DNA of 64,000 bases from Takakia lepidozioides (taxonomy: Eukaryota; Plantae; Bryophyta), in contig CM060732.1 in assembly GCA_030704615.1 (NCBI GenBank), positions 4,588,001 to 4,652,000 on the forward strand, in the 5' to 3' direction. Each line of letters starts with the position of its first letter. Position 1 is the first letter of the stretch. The position numbers and the translations under genes were made by a program. Shown in pieces: positions 38,201 to 49,613 of this stretch. The notes beneath the pieces are model-generated. The model saw only the letters and a list, made by a program, of their open reading frames with translations, was not told where the DNA came from and did no database searches.

Positions 38201-40292
38201 TTAGCCATTTTCGGAGCCCTGACTGGAAATTCGGCGCCATTTTCCCAGGTCCGGCCCGAAAATGGCTAAGTCCCATATGGCCTTGACCTGGAAAAATGGC
38301 GCCGAATTTCCAGTTCAGGGCCAGCCACCCTAGGGACTTAGCCATTTTCGGAGCCCTGATCTGGAAATTCGGCGAAAAATGCAAGGACTGTAAGGAAGGC
38401 ATCGCGTATGTACCTGTACAGAAGGCGCATTGCTGCTTTGTCCGCGTTCGGCTGGTCGGTGAACTCGTGGCTCCGGCGGGCATGTGGTATCTCCCGAAAG
38501 AATAGGTCGGTTTTGTAGAGCCGAAAGTACCTCGTCACATAGTCGCGTAGGCTCTCTGCTGCAGGAGAAATCTCCATCTTGAACTGATGTGCTTGTGTGT
38601 CCAGCTGCTCTTGCGCATTCGTCGTCACCTGTGGAGATTCTCCATCAGATCGCATTGCTGAAAAAATACAATGAATCCACCCCCTACAAGAGTAGAAGCG
38701 CCAAACGAAGCGTGGGTAAGTACCTGAAACCACCATGTCATGCGGTTCATCCACATGTCGAATGTGGGGTCAGACAGTTTGTCCGGTTTGGGGAAGCTCC
38801 ACATGTCCCTTGTACTTTGGGAACTATTCCAGATTTGGAGCTACCGGGTCTGTCCAACCACCTAGCATATTCGTAAGCGCCAAACACCACAAAAACGAGT
38901 TGTTGCCACCACAATTTGGTTAAGAATGTATCACCTTTTCTGCACCATCCACACAGGATGTGGCTAGACGATGGAGCTTCTCCAATGTCATCGTGGGCTT
39001 CAGAGCGTGGGAGTAGTGCTTCCCCACCTCCACCAGAAAGTCAGCACCAAGGGCGGGATCAGCTATGGCGACGTATTTTACCATCCGCGACTTGTACTTT
39101 ATGCGGGCCCTGGCCTCCGCAGCTTTGAGATACGATTCGAGTGCCGGGAGGGTTAGATTCTTCTCCTCTGACTCCATGTAGAACCTCCGCGCATGTGCCA
39201 AATCCTGCTGAATTTTCGTCTGTCAAGAATGCGCACATAAGATTAGAGATCCTGCTCAACACTTTTTCTTCTATTGGGGGAGGAGAGACAGATTAGCTCA
39301 ACAAAACAGTCAAGAGCTTTATCCAAAATATGTAGTCCACCATGGCGTCCATGCTCAGCCTATACCAGGTTCTGTCTGCCTTTGCCTCCGACTTGCGCAG
39401 GAGGTCGGCACTGAGCGAATTGGCAAACTCTTGCACCCCCTGCTTCCCAATAGCATATGGGACAAGTTGGTGGCAATGAAGGCATTCTCAGTCACCCTGC
39501 AATGCCACATTTCCATCAAACAATTCTGAAACGGGAATTTACAACAAATATGAGGATTCGCAATGAAATGACTTACAATCGGATGGATCCAAAAGCAAGA
39601 GGCGTTGTAACTTACGAGTTGATGTCCGCCATTGCAGCTTTGAGAAGACTGCGATCTTTGGGCCCCGCAACCTTCAGCACAACACACTCCACGGCGAAAT
39701 GCCAATCGAGGTCGTTGGGGTGGGCTTCGGCTATGTGCTCCATCCATGCCAGGAGGCGATGATTGTTCTCCCACACGTAAAACATCTTTCCGGACAAGTG
39801 CTGGAAAAGAGGATCAGTAACAATCGATCTCTCGAACTCCTCATTTCGCCTTTGCCAATGGGGACCCCATTTGTCCACCTCATCGGAAGTGTGGGCGCGG
39901 GAAGCTACATGGTCGTTCTCAATGGAAACGTAAAACGCGGCAGACCCCATTCGATATCCATCCCGGAAAGAGAATTTCAGCTTGTCGATATCGCCTGGGA
40001 GGGCAGGTCTCACCACCTGCAAAGACACCAAGCGGCAAAGGGGAATTCGAAGCTTGGCCGGGTACACCATGCCCCCCAGCACCCTGCCAATGTTGCTGTG
40101 GGTTGCCTCCAACATCTTGGCAGCGGCCAACTTCATATCCGCCTCCGACATGACGTCTGCTGCAGAGGGGTTCTCCAGCAGCCCACCAAGACCGCCAAAT
40201 CCAGCCTGTATGCTGCGGGTTTGGGGGGTTTGGGGAGATGTCCGGGAGGATGTCATCCTGGTCAGAAAGCTCGGTGTCGTCCTCCTCAACAT
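35276..40292 (-). pseudogene. ParB/Srx-like plus beta-class DNA amino-methyltransferase-like gene, copy B (most complete)
   Basis: ParB-like LRIPLCRLV..VRP..DIDKL..FYVWENNHRLLAW (39612-40292). Motif IV-like CDMILLDIPDG (36746-36760). RTRSPAFIQTLMETCSDVQGRILDLTCGTG|ASMWAGTLSDRHVFAFE. Intron positions are shared with copy A. Contains frameshifts and stops. Confidence 0.75.
37650..38380. repeat. About 5 x 146-148-bp tandem repeat inside an intron of copy B
   Basis: GGAAAAATGGCGCCGAATTTCC recurs at 37713, 37861, 38007, 38153 and 38290, with inverted copies in between. Confidence 0.9.
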
Positions 40293-40409
40293 GGTGAACC
40301 ACCGGCGAAACCACCTCGAGCACTCTCCCTGTCTCTACTGCCATCTCCCCGGCTTCACCTCGAACTTGCACAATCCGTGCTCTTTGTGGTGTTCTTTCCT
40401 CTCCTCCAC

Positions 40410-41535
40410 GCATAGCCTCCCGCATGTTGCCTCTCGCCAAGGGGTGGTAGTGGACCCCAACGTGTATGCAAGCTCGTGTCAAGTCCGGGGGCAAATGGAT
40501 TACATAATATTGCTTGGCTCTGCACATGGACATCCATGTCGGTGGTTCTTTGCAATGTGCGCACTTGAAAGTACCCGCTGGAGCCTGGCTAGAGACAATG
40601 AATGGATGATGGGTTGTGCCAGTCCAATCCGTCTCGTTTCTCCGCCCTCCTTTGGAGAGAAAGTGGAAGCAGGCGCGATTGAGGCACCTCAGCTTCCCCG
40701 CACACAAGACGTATCGTACACGAACACCATCAGCAATTTTTGTGCTACAGGTCTTCATCACACACCAAGGGTGTCCATCATGCTTTCGATCCATGTCTGT
40801 TAACATCCCTGAGGCTTTGTTTGACAAAGTAACAGGTGGAAACTCGAAGATCATATTACCATCGACTTTGGGAGGCAGATATGTTACCTTCCTGACTGGA
40901 AATTTGGCATAGTCGAGAGCAGCCAGCTCGGAGCGAGAACCATTGAGGTGATGTTGCCGTAGGAGCTGCACAATGGAGCGGGTTGGAGTTATGCTCGGGG
41001 GTACATGCATAATACCTGCAGAGACGTCCATGTCAGATTTGAACAACCGTGTGGAGGACATGGGGACCTCCATGCACTCATTTTCCTCGTCTGAAATGTC
41101 AAATACCTCCACACAAGAAGCTATGGAGGGTCTTGACGGTCCAGGTCGGGAATGATTATCGTTGCATACCTCTCTGTTGGCAGTGGCTGCCTGTCGGTTT
41201 CCCGACTCCTTTGTGGATGGTGTGGGCAGTGACTGATTCGGGAAGGGGATGGGCATTCCCACAGCGCGATACAAGATGGTGTCTGATGGGGGTACGTGCC
41301 GCTCGATTCCACAACCTCTGTCGGCACCTAGCACGACAATGGTCTCATCAACCTGTCCAGGAACATCCTTCTTTTCTTCTTCCAAATAAATTGTGCCCGG
41401 TTTGAGCTTGAATTTGGAACATAGGTAAGTCTCAGTCACTCTGCAAAGTCCTCCCTCATTTGGGATCCAGGCTCTCCCAAGTTGCGGAGGACAGCAAACT
41501 ATAGCGTAGGAATTGGGAGCCATCAAACACCGCAC
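40410..41535 (-). pseudogene. MULE-like transposase N-terminus (GCM-like domain), DDE core absent
   Basis: MDRKHDGHPWC..CAGKLRCLNRAC..CAHC..C..RACIHVGVHYHP is homologous to 249-1496. Confidence 0.72.
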
Positions 41536-41913
41536 GAAGTTGGCAAGTGCGAGGTTCCCTATAGCGACAGACCAAGGCTTAGTGGCACCACGTAATTGGA
41601 ATTGCGGAGGCCAACGACGATTGGAAGTCGCACATTGAAGTCAAGCAGAATGTTTCAAGATACATGCATGAAGGTGGGAGCTCCAATTCCATATCCAGTA
41701 TGTATGACAATGATGGCCAATTTGGCGAGGCAATAACATCTCCTGACAGTTTTTCCTAAGGATGGATCCTGCCATATTCTCGATGCAGACATGAACGTTC
41801 GCACTGACAAGTGCCAGGAATGTTAGTTAAAACGGTTAGACAACCAAGTTGTGCTCATAAAGACATGCCGCATTTGTGTTGTATCGGAACAATGCATCCC
41901 AGTGCACATGACG

Positions 41914-42312
41914 GAACGGGAATGCGGTGCCACATCCCCGTTCGACATCGTCCTCTCTCTTATAGTGAACGGAAATGCGGCACCGCATTTCCGTCAACTG
42001 GGAAACCAAACTAGTGCTGGAACGTAAATGCGGTACCGCATTTACGTCCACTGTACCAGCAGGCACATGGTAGAACGGAAATGCGGTACCGCATTTCGGT
42101 CAAATGGGACAAGTAAGCCACGGTGGAACAAAAATGCGGCACCGCATTTCCTTCAACTAGGACACCTTGGATAGGCAGGAACGGAAATGCGGTGCCGCAT
42201 TTCCGTCCACTGTACCACCTGGCACATAGTTGAACGGAAATGCGGTGCCGTATTTCGGTCCTATGTACCACCGAGCACATGGTTGAATGGAAATGTGGTA
42301 CCGCATTCCGTC
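41914..42312. repeat. 8 x 29-bp palindromic repeat with ~24-bp spacers (53-bp period)
   Basis: Consensus GAACGGAAATGCGGYRCCGCATTTCCGTC; cores at about 41918, 41971, 42024, 42077, 42130, 42183, 42236 and 42289. Confidence 0.92.
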
Positions 42313-42646
42313 CGGGATGTTTCAAAATTGTGAAACATATGCCAAAATAGTAAGACAGTAAGAAATCACATGTTGACGGTGAACTGGACTTAAGTAAGAT
42401 TGAAAACCTTGCAGACTTCAGGCAGACAAGGACAACAACACAAGGACAACTACAAGAACCTCAGCACATGACGATTCAAAAGAGAAATCATTACTTGACC
42501 AAAATTTTATATTTGTTCTGGATGGGAACAAGTCACAAAATCTGTCCTCTCTAAAAAACTTATCTCCCCAAATGGAGGATAGCGCTACCACGGCCTGTAG
42601 AATTGAAACACCCCCGACAATGTCGTGAGGTTCCCCGTTCCGATGC

Positions 42647-43388
42647 CTATTCCATTGTGTTCAGATCGACTACACGGACGACGGAGTCTTGAAAGAACTG
42701 GTCCAGAATGAGGAGTGGCTCTGTATTCGTCCAGTCACCATTGCCGGTATCTGGATGGAGATGGCGCACATGAAGATACAAGATATCTATATTGGTGAGA
42801 TTCATGAAAACATGAAGGTATCTTATGCCAGGTGGGAGATCCTCAACATCATCATGGTACACGCGCGCGTCCAACACAAACCTGTTCCGGTTCTCCCTCA
42901 GTGTCAGCAATATATTCCCGGGCCCAGAAAAGTGAGTCACCAACCCTACAACCCGATCAGGTAGGAGGTACTATAGAGGTGGGGTGTAAGCATGGTAGTA
43001 TGACTTGACGAGCTCCCCACAACAACATCTCATCATGAACAGACGTACACTTCGTCTCCCTGGTCTGTCTCGCACAACAAGTATCCACTGTTGTCCACTT
43101 TCGGGTCTCACCCACCGAGAATCCCAAAGAACTGCCCGGAAACTCGTCACCATGTGCGTCGGTCCACTGAACTCCAACTCCACTATAATATCTCCCAGCG
43201 CCGGGATTCGCAAATAGGAGGGTCGAATTCCACTTCGTCGAATGCACGTGACACCATGACATGACTGCATCTTGCAACTTCTGGCGGAAGAGCGATATCG
43301 AGAAACAACTGGAGGACGAGAGAGAAGAGAACCATAAATACCCCGACTTCTGGTTTGTAATGCAGTTTCCCCTCTCCTCAACCCACAA
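42647..43388 (-). other. Possible orphan cargo gene between two palindrome arrays (fragmented ORFs)
   Basis: The 98-aa ORF 42647-42943 has globular-protein composition, and overlapping ORFs lie upstream. No family recognised. Confidence 0.3.
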
Positions 43389-43487
43389 CGGCTATGCGCA
43401 AAACGGCTATTCTCACCTTCTGTATACTTTTTTCAATAAGTCCTGACGCATTTCCACTGTCACATCTTCGTTTTAGAGTGTGCCGAA

Positions 43488-43772
43488 GGAAATGCGGCAC
43501 CGCATTTCCGTTTTCACTGTAGCTCATCAAACGCTGGGACGGAAATGCGGTGCCGCATTTCCGTCCGTGGCATACAATTTCCAACAGTTCCAACGGAATG
43601 CCCATCAACATTCCCGCGCTGGCTCCTTCTTCATGATAAATCAACTCGTGGTCCAACGGAAATGCGGCACCGCATTTCCATGTGTCTCGAGTCCACTCTG
43701 GCATTTTTTTCCTGCATCGGGATGCGAAAGATAATTCGAGATCGAATGGTAGTAATGCGGCGCCGCATTTTG
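43488..43772. repeat. Cluster of 22-bp palindromes
   Basis: Copies at 43488, 43541, 43658 and 43751. Confidence 0.85.
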
Positions 43773-44029
43773 ATGTTTGCACTCATGCTGGCTGAAGTGG
43801 CAGGAGGCGGCGCGGCCTGACCGTTCGATAATGATGTGTGTCCGGCAAACTGCACACGTACCTTTAACGATTCAAATTTCCTAATGACGCATAGTTCACA
43901 AGGAGACACTTCCAGCCCAGCCTTTCGAACCCAAGCGGTGCATCCCTGCCGTTTCATGTTCTTGTGTCGTGGTTGCTCATTCACCCTTGTTGCGCCTTTT
44001 CCATCTACAGTCTTCGCCCCTTTTCCGTG

Positions 44030-45241
44030 TCTTTCTTCTTCTTATGCTCCAACCTGAGAGGGAAGAAGTTCTTGCACCAGAGAAGAGACGTCGTCGCAAG
44101 CTCCGCTAGTTGTACTTCGGATGAAGGCCAATGCCGAAGGGGAAGAAGCAGATGCGTCTTCAGGAGGAGATGGTCATCGTGCAGCAACAAGCAACACAGG
44201 CAACCCAGCCCCCAGTGAGAGCTCCGTGCTATCGGGATGCGCGCAGCTGATCAAGCACAGAAACCCTCCCTCCTTTTTGTTGTGCAATTGTTAGACTGTA
44301 TGATAGAACAATTGAATGCAAAAGATGTTTGCATGCCTAGCTCGGAAGGTGGAGGTGGTGGAGGGATCGCAGGAATCCGAAGAGCCGCAGGAAGAATCCA
44401 TGGATGTAGCTGCAGCACGCACACCCAGCCGATCCACAAGCACGGGTCTTCCTACCGGGCCTAGCCCTGTGCGTTTCCCCCCCCCCCAAAGAAAATGAAG
44501 CAGAAGGGGGCAGTGCAGATTCAAATGCAGCAGACACCTTCACCTGCAAAGATTAAGAAGCAAAAGGCAATCAGAGAGAGGGCGGAGCAGTCTCCCGCAA
44601 AACCGGTTCCACGAGCTGAAGCCCAGTTCCTGTTTGATTTCCAGACAGGTGATGTTGGCGGCGTCTCTGCTGCAGCCAAGGCAACGGGACCGACCGATGT
44701 CATTGATCTGTCAGCGGAGGAGGGTGCTACTGCTGAACATTCGCAGCAGGACTTCTCCACCAGATTCTCATCCCCTCCCATGCACATCCGAAATGCGGTG
44801 CCGCATTCTTTTTTCCAATCAGTTTTGTTTCCGCCCTTCAGTGGAGTGAATTGGAGAGTGGGCCTTGCAGGGTCACTGAAAATGCGTACGTGCATACTCA
44901 TATGGCATATATGCTGTACAGGGTGAGTAAAACCGGTCTCACTGACCCGCACATGTTCGCCGAAATGCTGGAGCCCAAGCTCATTCAAAAAGCCATGGCT
45001 AAAACAAACTGGACATGGTATCGGCTCACTATGGATGGAATGGTAGAGGTGATATACGAAGTAAGTCGTCCTCCCATTTTCCTCTCCTGATCCTTCCCCA
45101 ATTTCCAGTCATGTGTCCACATGGATCGTATGTAATGCTTCTGCATGTTGTTCTTTGCAGTTTGGCCCATGCCAAACGCTTATTCATCGAAAGTGAGGGG
45201 CAGTCCAAAACATGGCAGGCATTGATGGACCACTTGAAGGA
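44030..45241 (+). pseudogene. Internally deleted copy C of the ParB/methyltransferase gene
   Basis: 44762-45241 is highly similar to 8447-8943 (RVTENAYVHTHMA..WYRLTMDGMVEVIYE). It is preceded by a low-complexity ORF region whose assignment to this gene is tentative. Confidence 0.7.
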
Positions 45242-45831
45242 CGTCCTCAGGGCCTCCTTTGCAAAGATGCCGTGCTTGCGGAACCACGAGGACTGCCCTT
45301 ATGGAGGCTTCGATTATGCAATGTATACGGCCACATCGGGAGACATCGTTATCTGGCACACAGTTTCCACAGAAGATAGTGGGGCGAACGTGAAAGCATT
45401 GTCAGCTTTTGAGTATATCCCAGGCCACTACGTCTTTGAGCAGGGTGACGATCTTGGTCTGAGGAGTCCGTGGATCTTGCACATCCTTGATTCTGATTTT
45501 CCCAGCTATGGCGTGCACCCATGCAGAAGAATGCGCACTGCTATGCTGTTGCGGTGGAACTGCTGTCAGTGGACGTGGGTGGACTCCATCGGGGAGACGT
45601 ATACTCCTGAAGGAGTGCGCTCCTCTTCTCCATTGTATGGGGACATTTGCATTGGTGTGGATGACAAAAAAAATGAAGCTTTCCATATTCGATGGTGGTA
45701 TGATTGAAGGGCACGACATTGTGGTGAACATCAACAGGGGCAGTACAACGGCTGCAATCCAGTTTACCTGGAGGAGCCCGATGACTCATGAGCTAAGTTT
45801 CATAATAGTTGAAGTTTCATTGACAATGTGA
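45241..45831 (+). pseudogene. Orphan 'WNCCQWT' protein, paralog 3 (one frameshift in an A-run)
   Basis: PWILHILDSDFPS..LLRWNCCQWTWVD..YGDIC..LSIFDGGMIEGHDIVV..QFTW..EL..VEV. Confidence 0.62.
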
Positions 45832-46164
45832 CTTGTATTCAGAGGCACAGGGCTATAGATTTGTTTGCACCATCAGCACAGTAGACGTGCTTCAAATGCA
45901 ATTCATGTGGATCAATAAAAACCCCATGTGCCCTCCTTTTTGTTCTATTCTGCATCCATCGTTCTCACAATGCATCATTCGTCATTTTGTTTCGGATTGG
46001 GAGTGGGGGTGGATTTTGGAAGTGGCTGGTAGGCTTTAATGGGTGCCCATTGTACAGAGCAGTACCACCCTACCATTCGCAAAACATTGCCTTTCAATAT
46101 GTAATTCTAAAAAACATTGCCCAACCTCCTTCATCGGGAGGTCCTTGTCCCCCTATGACCGTGA

Positions 46165-46295
46165 CACCCTAAACCCTATTCCCATGGACAATCATTTCCG
46201 AAAAAAAATCATGCTCATGGTTTTTTCGACACTTACGACTCTGCTCATGGCTCATGCCGCTCATGGCTCATGGCTCATGAAATAGCAGCCCCCCC
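46165..46295 (-). repeat. Right terminal inverted repeat with GCTCATG subrepeats
   Basis: Reverse complement of 35066-35180 over the outer ~21 bp, plus internal motifs. Confidence 0.75.
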
Positions 46296-47328
46296 ACCAG
46301 CGCGTTGCTAGTTGAATATGACAGTCCACACAAAGGGCAAGAACAACCCACCTCACATGCATTTTCCCATGGCCATGGGAAATGCAAGCGGGAGGTAGAG
46401 ATGATGACTTTCTAACATCCAAACTGTGGCGACATTTGGAAGGGTTGCCAGGGCTCCCTGACAACCAGCATGTAGCCCAATGGTAAGGGCACATACCCTC
46501 TCACGAGTGGTTGTGGGTTCAATCCACCAGTTGGAAGTCATATACGGTGTCCACCTTCCCACCGGAAGGCAGTAGCCCTATGGGGTCAAGTGACACCATA
46601 AGTTACGCTTGCTTCGGCAACGCGTCCACCTTTTGCCAGGGCTCCAAGCATTCTTGACTATGTAGCATCACAACCTCTATTTGGACAACCACCGCTTCGA
46701 TTGTATGAAGAGGTATGTGGACCTCCTTGATCTTTTAGAGGTTTTTAAAATGTGATATTCCCCATATGACTTTATGACATGAGGGGAGTTCTGGATACGC
46801 GGCCGTGATGCAAAGAGTTGAGGAGATGGGACAATGGCAGAATGCACATGGGAATGACATCTCCGAGCTTATAGATTTTATGAAGCACTTGATGGGGTAT
46901 CATAAAACAATAGTTGGGAAGTTTGGCATAACCCCGTGTGTCCCATCAACAAGTACTTCTTCTGCAGGTAACTCATTTTGTGTGGCTCCACCCTCAACAT
47001 CACACAGATTGAATTTGGAGGGGCACTACACCCCCCACAAAGACATCCCTATCGAAGTTGTGTATGAAGAGCCTGGTAATAGTGCAGCTCCAATTGAACG
47101 GCTTAGCCATGCTGCTGCCACAACATGGACGGTTACCCCTGTCACTAAGCACAAACAAACCTGAACATTGTAAGGTAGTGGAACCCCCATTGTAAAGGTC
47201 ATCTACTGATCGAATGGTTGACTGTTGAGCCAAATAATAATGGAATGATGAGCTACTTATATCACTTCCAACGGGACACAAAAGAGCAAAACTATTAGAA
47301 CAACCCCTTATTTCCCAGGATATACTCA

Positions 47329-49577
47329 CACTACATGAAAAAGGGGGGGGGGGGGGGGGTGCACGGGCGTCGCCAAAAAAACGTCGCAAATATGCAACGG
47401 ATGGGGGTCGCAGCCCCCGCCCCCCCTCCAGCACTTTTCGGGCGGTCCATGGCATTGGCAGGGGCCTCCTGCTAGCGAAGCTCGGCCGTCGCTACCCTCC
47501 AGCCGATGACATTGGAGGGGGCGACGGCTCGGCGTCGCAACCAAGTTTTTTTCTAAAATGCCAAAGCGTCACATCCTAAAAACAAAAAAAAAAACACGTG
47601 GCGTAAGCCGGGTGGTAGGATAAGTGACATTGTTGCATCGTTGCTAGCGACTCCTAGGCGTGGCAAAGAAAAAATACCCGTCGCCGCTGGAGTCGGGCGC
47701 TGAGACGCTTGGCCGTGGGTTCCCGCGACGCACTGGTGTCGCATTCCAGATTTTCAATCAAAAAATAAAACACGTGGCGCAGGCAGGGTGTTGGGATCAA
47801 CGACGCCACAACGTCGCTCCTAGCGACCCCGGACTAAAAAACCCGTCGCAGGGGGGGTCGGGCGTTGCTACCGGCATGGGTTCTTGCGACTCCCGGCCGT
47901 CGCTGCTTGCAACCCCCGCCAAAAAAACCCGTCGCAAGGGCGCTGGTCTTAGCGACACCCTTCCATCGCAAGGCCAACCTGGTGGGGGGGGTTGATTTTG
48001 GGGGTGAATTGGGGGTGGTTTTTGTTTTTTCCCTGGTTTTGTTTTTGTTGGGAGACCTTACAGCTTCCATTGCTCTGATTTAGCAGGTACACAATTGAGC
48101 AAGCATGAATCGAGGGTGAGGCCGGTGCGACACATGAATAAGATGAAAGATGGAAAGATGGAAATATTTTTTTCGAGCAATGAGCTGAAATGCTTTGCTC
48201 ACAAGGATTTAGTAGGCTGACCCTAGGACCTACATGGACTAGGACTAGTCATCCTCATCCTCATCCTCAGAGGAGGACTCATAGCTATCCGATGAGCCTG
48301 ATGACTCCGCGCCCTTTGCCAGAGCACCTAAAGCAGGCGGAGTCCCACAGAGCTCTCATCCAATTCCTGGCCATGACCCCCCCCCCCCCCCCCCACCCCT
48401 CATCCATACTAGTGCCATGTAGTGCACTCATCCCCTCTGTGATGGCCATGTTCTTCATGAGGGATTGCCAACCATGCTCCTTGGCGTAGTTGTACTCTAC
48501 CGGAGATGGCTTCCTCTCAAATGTGCATTGCCTACACATGCCACAAATTAAAGTCAGTTCCTCACGATGATGGAGCCATAAAGAAGACATAACAAAATAC
48601 ATAGCGAAGTATGACTTACAAATCGCAAGATAAAACCCTTGGATCCGCCGACGCCCCACTTGTGTGTGGATTCGTGCTTGTCAAGGCGGGCTGTTGTTGC
48701 TTCGCGTGCCTGCTCAAATTTGGCCTTCTTTGCCGCATCATTCTCCTCCCTCGCAATGAGTGCATCCCACGATACCTATGCCCCCCCCCCACAACAATTA
48801 GTGAATTACACACATACGTTGCATCAAATCCACCTCATTAATGCACATGCAACAAATGGAAGGTGAAATGATTCAAGGATTTGCCAACCTGTGTAATTCA
48901 ATAAGGTGGTTTGGGTTGGGCCCCCTTTTCCATTGCCCTCCGAATGATCTCTCTGGTACGGTACCTCTTGTCCTTCAAGTTCCACCCCACCATCTCTATC
49001 ACTTGCCCGAAAACTGGCGATCTAACTCATGGGCATACGCCCGCTTCGCGCCAAAGTGCTGATCAGCCCACTCAATGTGCCAAGGGAACCACCGCGCTAC
49101 GAGTTCGAAGGCTGGCTTCTTCATAGCCTCCCAGAACGCACCGCAGGGGTCACCATGGCGATTGACCTCCACCGGTGGCACCACAATCTTTGCCAACTCC
49201 ACGTCCTCTATCCCCAAGGATTTCTTCTTCTTCCCACCCTCTCCCTTCTTTGTAACCTCCTTCGCCCGCTCCTTTGATACCCCACTGCCCTCCCCCGCAT
49301 GCACACTCACCCCTTCCTCTCCACGGGACTTCTTCTTCTCCTTATTCTTCTTTTCCTTCCCCTTCCCTGCTACTTCCTCTCTCTCTTTCTCCCTCTCCCC
49401 TCTCTCTCTCTCCTCGGCAGCCCCTTCATTGATGGTAAAAGGGACCTCGGGAGGTCGAGGCCTCTTCTTCTTACCTTTGGTGTTCGGGTCCTTCATGAAC
49501 ACCACGTGCTCTCCCTCATTGGCAACCACACCGGACTGCACCAATGAGGCCAAGAATGTTGCTGCCTCCTGAAGACG

Positions 49578-49613
<36 letters not shown>

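Larger units (their letters stand above)
35066..46295. mobile_element. Candidate composite Mutator-like element (~11.2 kb) bounded by terminal inverted repeats
   Basis: Left end GGGGGCTGCTATTTCATGAGCGGCATGAGC..AATAGGGTTAGG; right end is the reverse complement (..CCCTAAACCCTATT..GCTCATGAAATAGCAGCCCCC). No convincing target-site duplication. Confidence 0.6.

Noticed and set aside
35276-40292. Bacterial or phage contamination explaining the ParB-methylase
   Set aside because: The gene has conserved spliceosomal introns and is interleaved with plant transposons.
41914-42312. True CRISPR array
   Set aside because: Eukaryotic context, no cas genes, spacers related to one another, and the same repeat dispersed in introns.
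35055-46305. Target-site duplication for the TIR pair
   Set aside because: The best flank match is 6/10 (ctccaaagcg vs cccaccagcg), which is not convincing.
48416-48424. Right CACTA terminus (CATGTAGTG)
   Set aside because: Only a 9-bp match inside coding-like sequence, with no subterminal repeats and no matching 3-bp duplication.
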